From contig NZ_NVQC01000040.1 of the NCBI RefSeq assembly GCF_003044035.1, positions 1-32,000 on the forward strand: a stretch of 32,000 bases of DNA, in the 5' to 3' direction. Below are positions 1 through 7,090 of the stretch, piece after piece. A program made the position numbers and the translations under genes. Under the pieces are notes generated by a model. It did no database searches, was not told where the DNA came from, and saw nothing but the letters and a program-made list of their open reading frames with translations. Positions within the stretch are counted from its first letter, which is position 1; every line of letters begins with the position of its first letter. Source of the stretch: Candidatus Methylomirabilis limnetica. GTDB taxonomy: Bacteria; Methylomirabilota; Methylomirabilia; Methylomirabilales; Methylomirabilaceae.

Positions 1-127
1 TTGGTTGAAATAGCCATTGAGAAATCCTCCCGTTTTCTGCAAGGGGTGCAGACCGGATTTTACCAGATGCCACAAGGCTTACAGAGGATTTCATGTTAAA
101 TTCACCCACTCGATTACGCGAAGAGCC
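1..127 (-). mobile_element. Putative terminal segment of an ISL3-like insertion sequence (outer end at 127, runs off the window)
   Basis: Glucosidase homology stops abruptly at 127/128. On the minus strand the foreign DNA begins GGCTCTTCGCGTAATCGAGTG, resembling the GGCTCTTC...GAGTG terminal repeats I recall for ISL3-family elements. GGGAGG-N8-ATG (ATG at 17, minus) could be the transposase start. The segment is visibly AT-richer. The other end is not visible. Confidence 0.35.
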
Positions 128-460
128 GAAATAATATTCCTTCACGTCCTCGCCGTGATTGCCTTCGCTGTTGGTCAGCCCGAAGAGCCGTTCCTTGAGA
201 ATGGGGTCCTTCCCGTTCCACAGGGTGAGTGCGAAGCAGAGGCGCTGCTTGTCATCGGAGATGCCGGCCAGACCATCCTCTCCCCAGCGGTAGGCGCGCG
301 AGCGGGCATGATCGTGGGTGAAGAAATTCCAGGCATCGCCGTTCTCGCTGTAATCCTCGCGCACTGTCCCCCATTGGCGCTCCGAGAGATACGGCCCCCA
401 CTTCTTCCACTGCGCCGTCTTGCTGCGAGTCTCCTCCAGGCGACGATATTCGGCGTCCAT
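128..460 (-). pseudogene. N-terminal 111-codon fragment of a GH63/MGH1-like glucosidase
   Basis: Minus-strand ATG at 460 gives [38 protein letters not shown]...[21 protein letters not shown]. This matches the conserved N-terminus of bacterial GH63-like glucosidases (recalled). The match is lost after EYYF at 128. The frame is absent from the ORF track because it runs off the window edge. Confidence 0.6.
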
Positions 461-897
461 TATTTGTCTCTCCTTCTTGTCCACGACCTTGCGTTCGTTT
501 ACCCCTGGACTCCAGATCGACTTCCTGGGGCCCTTCATCCGCTTGAGCCTGTTGCATTTACTCTTACGCTCACTCGGCCTGGAAGCTCATCTGACGCTCA
601 CCGAAATGCGCCAGCTTGGCAGGCAGTTCCAGTAGGATTTCCCCCTTTCTCACGCACGAACTCTACCAAGGGCGGCAAGTCGCGTCAAGGCCAGAGAGCA
701 GAAAAGACGTTATTGACGCCACCTTCGCCTTTTCGGGACAGATAACCACTATATGATCTTGTCAGCCAGGCATGCTCATGCGGGAGTGCCGGAATATATA
801 CGGGGCCGCGTCGGAAGGCCTGAAGGAAAGCAAAAGCCACGCGGTCAGGGTTTAGTCCGTCCGTTCGAGCTTGAAGGACAGCACCGTTTGTCGTATC

Positions 898-1051
898 GTA
901 ACTACAAGGTAGATAGGCTGAAGGCTGAAGGCTTTTAGGGGTAAGTCATGCGTGATCAAAGAAAACTTAGAAAAGGTCTTGAATGGCTCGATTCGTGCCT
1001 TGCGAGATAATTTAGAACCTTCAGCCTTCAGCCTAAACACCTTGTAGTTAC
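898..1051 (+). mobile_element. MITE-like hairpin-ended miniature element, copy 1 (154 bp)
   Basis: Terminal inverted repeats GTAACTACAAGGT / ACCTTGTAGTTAC. Subterminal 17-bp arms of AGGCTGA heptamers. Perfect 8-bp flanking direct repeat GTCGTATC (890-897 and 1052-1059). Collinear second copy at 19020-19175. No transposase-sized ORF. Confidence 0.7.
948..1010 (+). CDS. Candidate 20-aa micro-ORF inside MITE copy 1 (MRDQRKLRKGLEWLDSCLAR)
   Basis: AGGGG-N6-ATG. The ORF is intact in both element copies. Three of the 5 nucleotide differences between copies are synonymous. Statistically weak (n=5). Confidence 0.25.
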   Translation: MRDQRKLRKGLEWLDSCLAR

Positions 1052-1225
1052 GTCGTATCATGGGCCGCACCTTGGGGGTGAAAGGGAATGTGATCGCGCA
1101 CCCCCTGCATCTCCGCTCCTCAAGCGACCCACAAGGTTCTTACTTCAGTCCTATCCGTTTTAGGGTGAGCCGTCAGGAGCGTTGGCAGCGATCCCGCATG
1201 CAGAAGGGGCCTGAGAGACACGTGG

Positions 1226-2296
1226 ATGAGCGTGGTGGAGCAGTGGACGTTTGTGAGGGAAAAGTCAGGCGATTTACTGTCCCCAAGCGTCCAACATGCC
1301 CTGCGCGTGTTGTTTCGTAACTACATGGACTCGCGGCTGGCGGTCTATAGTAAGCTGCCGGATCTGGACGCGGCCAGAGCGGAACTCGCCCGGTCCGAGG
1401 AGCTGCGACATAAGATTTGGAGCCGGGCGGTGGCCGTCGCGCTCATTGGCGCGCTGGCTCTCGGAACGACCGTGGCCCATGCCGCTGACTTCTCGACTTC
1501 GCTTGGGGCGGACGCGCTGCCGACGCAGCCGGCATTGACCGCTGAGCGGGCCAGGGGCGTCCCCACGGGCGAAGAAGTGAACACGGGGCAGGATCCCACC
1601 CGGCCCGTCACCCGAGTGGACGTGCGGTTCAAGTACCATGAGTCTGACCATAGGGCAGTGGACGGCGATTCGGTGCAGGTTCTGACCCTGCGGGCCGACT
1701 GGATGGTGCCGCTTGGGGGCGGCTGGGTGCTGGGCCTGCGCGGCGATCTGCCTCTGTCGTGGGACGACACGCCGAGCCTCGACAACCCGCGGGGCGTGCG
1801 GCAGTTCGGACTGTCGGACACCCTACTCCAGGGCTTCTTGATCACGCCGACGGCCGGCAAGTGGACCGCCGCCCTCGGCACCCAGGTGATCTTCCCCACG
1901 GCCCCCAAGGCCCAGATGGGCACGGGCAAGTTCCAGCTCGTTCCTTCGGCGGCCGTCAAGTACGATTTGGGTGGCTGGATTCCGAGGGCCTGGACGGCGC
2001 TCATCGTACGCCACGCCGTGGACGTGGGGCAGGCACAGGCCAGCCGTCCCTCCATCAACCAGACCATCGTGCAGCCGTTCCTGAATTTTGATTTGCCGTG
2101 CGAGTGGTTCTTGACCTTCTCACCCGAAATGCGGTACGACTGGCAGAGCGCTGACTGGCACATCCCGTTCAACGTGGAGGTGGGCACGATGGTGACCCGG
2201 CGGATCGTCATGTCCGTCGAATACAATGTGGCCATCGAGAAGAATCTGCCCTTGTATAAGCAGGCAGTGGAGTTCAGGGTAGGATACTTCTTTTGA
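1226..2296 (+). CDS. Putative outer-membrane beta-barrel protein (MetA-pathway/'transporter'-like OMP); start uncertain
   Basis: C-terminus ...VEFRVGYFF is typical of OMPs. A signal-peptide-like segment AVAVALIGALALGTTVAHA/ADF lies about 70 codons into the longest ORF. The remainder has an alternating beta-strand pattern. Candidate starts: ATG 1226, ATG 1325, GTG 1430 (GGAG 7 nt upstream). Confidence 0.6.
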   Translation: MSVVEQWTFVREKSGDLLSPSVQHALRVLFRNYMDSRLAVYSKLPDLDAARAELARSEELRHKIWSRAVAVALIGALALGTTVAHAADFSTSLGADALPTQPALTAERARGVPTGEEVNTGQDPTRPVTRVDVRFKYHESDHRAVDGDSVQVLTLRADWMVPLGGGWVLGLRGDLPLSWDDTPSLDNPRGVRQFGLSDTLLQGFLITPTAGKWTAALGTQVIFPTAPKAQMGTGKFQLVPSAAVKYDLGGWIPRAWTALIVRHAVDVGQAQASRPSINQTIVQPFLNFDLPCEWFLTFSPEMRYDWQSADWHIPFNVEVGTMVTRRIVMSVEYNVAIEKNLPLYKQAVEFRVGYFF

Positions 2297-2751
2297 CAGG
2301 CTGCCGAAAAAGGCCCCCATCGTTCGCCGCCTTGCATTTGGAACTTCCTGCCCCCTCCGGCGGGTTTGAGCAGCCTATGGGCCCAGACGCGTTTTTAGGC
2401 ATCTTGTTGAGGCTGCGAGCCCGCAGGGGGCCGCTCGCAATGGAAGTACTGCCACGCGCTTCCCGGAGGCCGTGGGGCGTCTGTACGATCTCGGCGTCCG
2501 TGAGCAGCGCCTGACTCGGTGCCGGCGTGCGCGGCGGCGAAGCGAGGCTGGGTGGAGTAGGACAGGGGCCGGCAAGGCAGAGGAGACAGGGCAAAAGGAT
2601 TTTTTGGCTGGAATCGGGAAGGTGATTAGGGGGACCTGCGCGATCGCCGTGTTGAGGCGCACCTCTTCGAGCGCTGCTTCCTGGCCCGGACGGCCAGAAA
2701 AACACGGGTCATAAAGAAATTGATTTCTTTACGGGCTTCTTGAAGAACTTC

Positions 2752-3132
2752 CTATTCAATTTTTTTAAACTTCTGCAGCTCATGTTCATCGTCTATCTCA
2801 GAAACCGGCCTGAGAAGACAAATCTTCTCGTTTACTTCAATGGCCTCTTGATACAGTTGCGCAAACTTTCTATAGTTTGCAACCTCCTTTTCGGTCTTCT
2901 CCAGTTCCGGCCCCATCCGAAGATTTTGAGCCCGACTCACCCCCTTTTGGGTCGTATTCCAAAGATACTGGGGCCCGTGTCCCGGGTGATCCGGTTGGAA
3001 GCAGGCGCAGTTCTTTTTCCCGCACCTGCGAAAGTTGACCGAAATCATCCCAGGACGAAAGTCGCCGACAGCCGACATCTGCAGGTAGATCTTGTCGCGG
3101 CGCTCTTCCAGTTGTTCAAGTGGTGTTGCCAT
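2752..3132 (-). CDS. DUF6788-like small protein with Cys/His cluster
   Basis: 126-aa ORF containing FRRCGKKNCACFQPDHPGHGPQYLW, a motif I associate with DUF6788 proteins. AAGGAGG lies 4 nt upstream of the ATG. The gene sits in a conspicuously AT-rich patch. Confidence 0.65.
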   Translation of the reverse strand: MATPLEQLEERRDKIYLQMSAVGDFRPGMISVNFRRCGKKNCACFQPDHPGHGPQYLWNTTQKGVSRAQNLRMGPELEKTEKEVANYRKFAQLYQEAIEVNEKICLLRPVSEIDDEHELQKFKKIE

Positions 3133-3134
3133 AA

Positions 3135-3179
3135 GGCCTCCTTATCTGATTGCTATGATAACAATCAGATTAGGAGGCC
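3135..3179 (-). promoter_or_regulatory. 18-bp inverted repeat covering the Shine-Dalgarno of the DUF6788-like gene
   Basis: GGCCTCCTTATCTGATTG (3135-3152) and CAATCAGATTAGGAGGCC (3162-3179), one mismatch, 9-nt loop. The gene's SD (complement of 3138-3144) lies in one arm. It could be an SD-sequestering hairpin or a palindromic operator. Confidence 0.4.
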
Positions 3180-3509
3180 AAATAAAAGGGAAAGTCAAGT
3201 TTACCGATAAATTTGTCTTACACCCTTCAGCATGAAACTGAGAGATCACTCAGACCATGGGTGGGTTCCCTGCCTCCAGGTCCTGGGGCATCGAGGTCTT
3301 GACGTTGTAACCATAGGAGAAAGTGGCATATCGTTCCCAGACCTCTCCGAAGGTCAGGGTAATCCCCGGATCGCTTCCCTCTTATGGCAGGCCCTTCAAA
3401 AGCTTGTCCATCTCCTTGGCTGAGAAGGTCCGAAGAGTCTCAGTCCTGACATTCCTCAATGTCCCTTGGTGCGTCTGACTTATCATAGGGTGGTGAGGGC
3501 GTCAAGTTC

Positions 3510-4073
3510 ATGCCCTCTCGCATATTTGGCCTTGAAGAACATGGCAAAACGTATAAGATGCTAAGGGAGTGGAATATTGGGAGGTCTTATGGCGGCACGT
3601 GGGGGTGGCAGTGCTCATTGGGCATAGCACAGGAGGTTGCCGTGGCAGACGAGAAACCAATTGTCGGACGCACGAAACATGGGGAGTTGACGCTTGACCA
3701 GATTGCCGAACTGCAACCTGGGTTAGGTCAGTTGATGCCGCTCATGAGCGAACGCTACTGGATTTGCTACTATGCCGCTAAAGGCGGTAATTGGGCGCTG
3801 GCCGCATACCAGCTCAATGGTCTGCGAAGCCTGTTCAAGAAGTCCAACACCACGCGGCCGAAGTACAAAGGGATGCTTGAGCGTTATGCCAAGGCAATCT
3901 TCGACCCGCTTGCGCAGTCCATAGAAGCCAAGAACTTCACCGAGTTCGAAGGGTGCTACCTGCAGGGTATTGAGCTGGCCAACGAGATGCACGTGACCAC
4001 CCATCACCCTGAGATTATCTGGAAGCTCCCGTCCACTCCTCCGCAGCATCTGGAGATGGGGCCTTGTGTGTAG
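3510..4073 (+). CDS. Hypothetical protein (187 aa), no family recognised
   Basis: Long ORF with coding-like composition (…MSERYWICYYAAKGGNWALAAYQLNGLRSLFKK…). GGTGAGGG lies upstream of the ATG. The exact start is uncertain. Confidence 0.55.
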   Translation: MPSRIFGLEEHGKTYKMLREWNIGRSYGGTWGWQCSLGIAQEVAVADEKPIVGRTKHGELTLDQIAELQPGLGQLMPLMSERYWICYYAAKGGNWALAAYQLNGLRSLFKKSNTTRPKYKGMLERYAKAIFDPLAQSIEAKNFTEFEGCYLQGIELANEMHVTTHHPEIIWKLPSTPPQHLEMGPCV

Positions 4074-4134
4074 CGCGGTGTTCCACAAGTCTTTCGACAT
4101 ATTCGATAGCTCAAGGCCATAAAATCCCCCCTAA

Positions 4135-4155
4135 CCCCCCTTTTGAAAAGGGGGG
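4135..4155 (+). terminator. C6T4-G-A4G6 perfect palindrome downstream of 3510..4073 (possible terminator hairpin)
   Basis: CCCCCCTTTTGAAAAGGGGGG lies 62 nt after the stop codon. There is no clean downstream T-tract, so function is uncertain. Confidence 0.3.
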
Positions 4156-4173
4156 AAGTCGAACAGGATACTC

Positions 4174-5055
4174 ATGAAACGGTTGACCGCTCTTGCCGTA
4201 GTCCTGCTTGTTTGCATGACCCTCGATTCGGTGGCTCAAGCGGAGCCCATGGATGCGCTGACGCTCCGTCAAGGAGACGTGAGGATAGTGAAGCTTGCCG
4301 ACGACGCGAAGGTTTCAGACCTTCAGGGTGTCATAGACACGGGCGGCGTGCCCTCCGCCATCCCGATGTTCAGCAAGGGGGGTGCGCTGTACGGAATTGT
4401 CGCGGTGGACTTGTACCAGCAACCCGGTGAATACCAGATGACGGTGTATGAGGCGGCAACCAAACGAGCGTTATCCGCGAAAGCACTCATCGTGAAACAA
4501 GGGGAATTCGAGAAGAGCATCAGCCCGAGCTGGAATGCACACGTCTTTACCAAACCTGAGCTAGAAAGGATCGCCAGCGAGAAACAGGCAATGGCTGAGG
4601 CCCTTCGTACCTCCTCGTCTCAGCCCCTTTGGCAGGATGGGACGATCTATCCGATTGAAAAAACCGATCATACCGGATTGATCACAACCCCCTTTGGCCA
4701 GATCCGGATGAATCCAGCCCAAGACTGGTTTCGGTTTCACCGGGGAACCGATTTTCAGGCCCCCAAGGGCTTTCCGATACGAGCGATTGCCACCGGGAAG
4801 GTCGCGCACCTCGGCCATGATTATCTGTTGGAAGGCAATATCACGGTGATCGATCATGGCCTGGGGATCTTTTCTTCGTACCTGCATCAGTCGTCGTTTC
4901 TCGTGAAGATTGGGGATGAGGTCAAGAAAGGAGACGTCATCGGACGAGTCGGGAGCACCGGGAACAGTAACGCGCCCCACTTGCACCTTGCGCTCAAGAT
5001 CGGCGGGGCAGTGGTCGATCCACTACAGTTTATTGAAGCGCTGCGAGGGCTATGA
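4174..5055 (+). CDS. Secreted M23 (LytM-type) metallopeptidase
   Basis: Signal peptide MKRLTALAVVLLVCMTLDSVAQA. M23 motifs HRGTDF and GSTGNSNAPHLHLAL. Confidence 0.9.
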   Translation: MKRLTALAVVLLVCMTLDSVAQAEPMDALTLRQGDVRIVKLADDAKVSDLQGVIDTGGVPSAIPMFSKGGALYGIVAVDLYQQPGEYQMTVYEAATKRALSAKALIVKQGEFEKSISPSWNAHVFTKPELERIASEKQAMAEALRTSSSQPLWQDGTIYPIEKTDHTGLITTPFGQIRMNPAQDWFRFHRGTDFQAPKGFPIRAIATGKVAHLGHDYLLEGNITVIDHGLGIFSSYLHQSSFLVKIGDEVKKGDVIGRVGSTGNSNAPHLHLALKIGGAVVDPLQFIEALRGL

Positions 5056-5408
5056 CCGCGATTATTCTCCCCGTCAAAGCTCTCCAGCACGAAATAGGCG
5101 CTGGAGGCGGGAAAAATCGATACATCCTTAATCGATTCTGTGTAAAAAGTTCCTACCTCCTCCTCACAGGTTCATGGACTACCTTACTGCCCCCAGGGTT
5201 CTAACCAGCGACAGTGCTTCTACAGTACCCGACAACCGACCCGGGAGCCCGAAGAGTGGAGACCGTCTAAGAAAGCGTGTGCTGTCACTGTTTGGGCCTC
5301 TCTTGTCGCCGTTCGCCTGGACTGACCAGTCCATCAAATCCTTTTCCTCGCCTCTAAGTTTCGACAATTACGGGGACGGCGTGAGGCTGATCTGGGGGGG
5401 CCGCCGAT

Positions 5409-5424
5409 TGGCAATGAACTTGCA
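5409..5424 (+). promoter_or_regulatory. Candidate sigma-54 (-24/-12) promoter for 5493..6134
   Basis: TGGCAATGAACTTGCA matches TGGCAC-N5-TTGCW at 10 of 11 specified positions with exact GG-N10-GC spacing. It ends about 70 nt upstream of ATG 5493. Confidence 0.45.
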
Positions 5425-5492
5425 CGTAGTTTGCTGCGAACGGCTGTCCGAGTGGTTCGTTCCCTTTAACCTCTACCTGGAGGAGTGAAGCT

Positions 5493-6134
5493 ATGCGAGT
5501 GTTGCGAAGAGGGCTTCTAGCCACCACCATTTGTCTTGCTGTATCAGTCTTTCTGTCGGCTGGTGTGAGCCATGCCAAGAAAGGCGGTTCGAAAATCAAG
5601 GTAGAGGTTGAAGCAGAGCTAGAGCCTTGCGGCGCAGTCGCTGCAGCTACCTCTCCGTGTGCCCCGAGCGGCACGCCGCCTGAGTCCGACGCCGAAGGGA
5701 AGGCGGAGCACAAGAAAGAGACCCATAAGGGGGTAATCAAGAAGGATGAGTTTAAAGGAAAGGTCAAGATTCCGGTCGATCCTGCATCTGCTTTGGGGAT
5801 CGTGGACGAGGATGCGGCGGAGGGGGCTGACATCCGCCTGATCTTGAGCCACGCTGATGGTCCCGGTTCCTTCACCGACTTCGCCGAGTGCCGTCTTGCC
5901 TTCGATGAGATCGAGGAAGAGGATGACGATGATGAGGTCCAGGCAGAGTACAAGGTGGATGTTCGGATAAAGAAAGGGGCTGTGCAAGCGAAGAAGGGTG
6001 TGTGCCACATAAATCTGGCAACTACCGCCGAGTTGGGTGTTCCTGATGCCCGGGCTGGCGATCTGGTAACAGCCACGCTTATTACAGGCGGCACTCGAAC
6101 TGATTTCCTGCAGGGCACTTTCGATCTGGATTGA
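5493..6134 (+). CDS. Secreted acidic hypothetical protein (213 aa)
   Basis: GGAGG SD. Signal peptide MRVLRRGLLATTICLAVSVFLSAGVSHA. Acidic run EEEDDDDE. No family recognised. Confidence 0.7.
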   Translation: MRVLRRGLLATTICLAVSVFLSAGVSHAKKGGSKIKVEVEAELEPCGAVAAATSPCAPSGTPPESDAEGKAEHKKETHKGVIKKDEFKGKVKIPVDPASALGIVDEDAAEGADIRLILSHADGPGSFTDFAECRLAFDEIEEEDDDDEVQAEYKVDVRIKKGAVQAKKGVCHINLATTAELGVPDARAGDLVTATLITGGTRTDFLQGTFDLD

Positions 6135-6171
6135 ACATCCGATTCTCTGAAGCTCCCACTACTAGGCGTGG

Positions 6172-6211
6172 CAAGGGGGTCGGGTAACAAACCGGCCCCC
6201 TTGTGCCTTTT
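6172..6211 (+). terminator. Rho-independent terminator after 5493..6134
   Basis: 12-bp stem CAAGGGGGTCGG / CCGGCCCCCTTG (one G-T pair), 8-nt loop, followed by TGCCTTTT. Confidence 0.6.
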
Positions 6212-6228
6212 CCAGACCTCAATTCCTC

Positions 6229-6258
6229 TTTACAATCTTCGAGTTATTGTGTTATTTT
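6229..6258 (+). promoter_or_regulatory. Possible sigma-70 promoter of the yebC-ruvCAB unit
   Basis: TTTACA (6229-6234), 18-nt spacer ending TGT, then TATTTT (6253-6258). About 25 nt upstream of ATG 6284. Weak motif match only. Confidence 0.3.
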
Positions 6259-6283
6259 CGCTTCGTGGCAAGGAGGCGAGGCT

Positions 6284-7033
6284 ATGTCTGGACATTCTAA
6301 GTGGTCGGGCATCAAACACAAGAAGGCTAAGATAGATGCCATTCGCGGCCGTGCGTTTACCAAGCTGATCAGGGAGGTCACGGTGGCCGCCAGGGTGGGT
6401 GGCGGCGACCCGATCGGGAATCCTCGTCTTCGATTGGCGATCGAGAGGGCCAAGGCTGTCAATATGCCCCAGGACAACATCCAGCGAGCCATCATGAAGG
6501 GTACGGGTGAGCTCCCCGGTGTATCCTACGAGGAGTATGTCTACGAAGGGTACGGGCCGGGAGGCGTCGCCGTCCTGCTTGAGGTGTTGACCGACAACAA
6601 AAATAGGACCGCCCCGGAGTTCCGCAAGGCATTTTCCAAGTACGGGGGAAACCTGGGTGAATCAGGATGCGTCGCGTGGCTGTTTGAAAAAAAGGGGCTG
6701 ATTCAAGTGGAAGCGGCCACGGTTGATGAGGATCGGCTGCTTAGCGTTGCGCTGGAGGCAGGCGCCGAGGATGTTCTCCGGTCAGACGATACCTTCGAGA
6801 TTATCACCGCGCCCAAAGACCTCGATCGGGTCAAAGAGTCTCTGGCGAAGGAAAAGATCGAGATCGCCGATGGAGAAGTGACTATGCTTCCGCAGACCAC
6901 CGTCAAGCTGGAAGGGAAGCAGGCGCAGCACATGCTACAGTTGATGGAGGCGCTTGAAGATCACGACGATGTCCAGAATGTGTACGCGAACTTCGATATC
7001 CCCGAAGAGATCATGGCGGCAGTGACCGGCTAG
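6284..7033 (+). CDS. yebC: YebC/PmpR-family transcriptional regulator
   Basis: Canonical N-terminus [22 protein letters not shown] with AGGAGG 7 nt upstream. The longer ORF from 6203 is a non-homologous extension. Conserved synteny with ruvCAB. Confidence 0.92.
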   Translation: MSGHSKWSGIKHKKAKIDAIRGRAFTKLIREVTVAARVGGGDPIGNPRLRLAIERAKAVNMPQDNIQRAIMKGTGELPGVSYEEYVYEGYGPGGVAVLLEVLTDNKNRTAPEFRKAFSKYGGNLGESGCVAWLFEKKGLIQVEAATVDEDRLLSVALEAGAEDVLRSDDTFEIITAPKDLDRVKESLAKEKIEIADGEVTMLPQTTVKLEGKQAQHMLQLMEALEDHDDVQNVYANFDIPEEIMAAVTG

Positions 7034-7090
7034 GCCTGTGGTGAGCTCTGTCGAACCATCGGGTCGCCAGATGATCCCGATGGAACTGCT

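Noticed and set aside
17-745. 242-aa + strand ORF at the window start
   Set aside because: It is the antisense shadow of the recognisable minus-strand glucosidase fragment (128-460). It has an odd composition and a TTG start, and no family is recognised.
1345-2337. 330-aa minus-strand ORF
   Set aside because: It is antisense to the OMP gene. It is Arg/Ser/Pro-rich with low complexity and has no motif support.
2274-2705. 143-aa minus-strand ORF in the GC-rich spacer after the OMP gene, with a hydrophobic KILLPCLLCLAGPC stretch and an A6 run that links it to a second frame
   Set aside because: GC3 looks coding-like, but the product is Pro/Ser/Gly-rich with low complexity. There is no convincing start or SD in front of the hydrophobic segment and no proper lipobox. 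It may be a decayed gene, but I cannot support a call.
3233-3500. Short minus-strand reading frames (MISQTHQGTLRNVRTETLRTFSAKEMDKLLKGLP*, then ...GITLTFGEVWERYATFSYGYNVKT...) that might be remnants of a gene once paired with the DUF6788-like gene
   Set aside because: They are interrupted by a stop and are too short. I cannot assign them to any family from memory. No feature claimed.
5082-5106. CTCCAGC-N11-GCTGGAG hairpin after the M23 peptidase gene as a terminator
   Set aside because: It has only a 7-bp stem, a large loop and no downstream T-tract.
5174-5488. 104-aa + strand ORF in the M23/5493 spacer
   Set aside because: No purine-rich SD is present (the upstream sequence is CCTCCTCC). 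The product is unremarkable, and it would overlap the sigma-54 promoter candidate and the palindrome. More likely non-coding leader or regulatory DNA.
5354-6190. 278-aa minus-strand ORF
   Set aside because: It is antisense to the signal-peptide-bearing gene 5493-6134. It is Ser-rich low complexity and would span the terminator hairpin.
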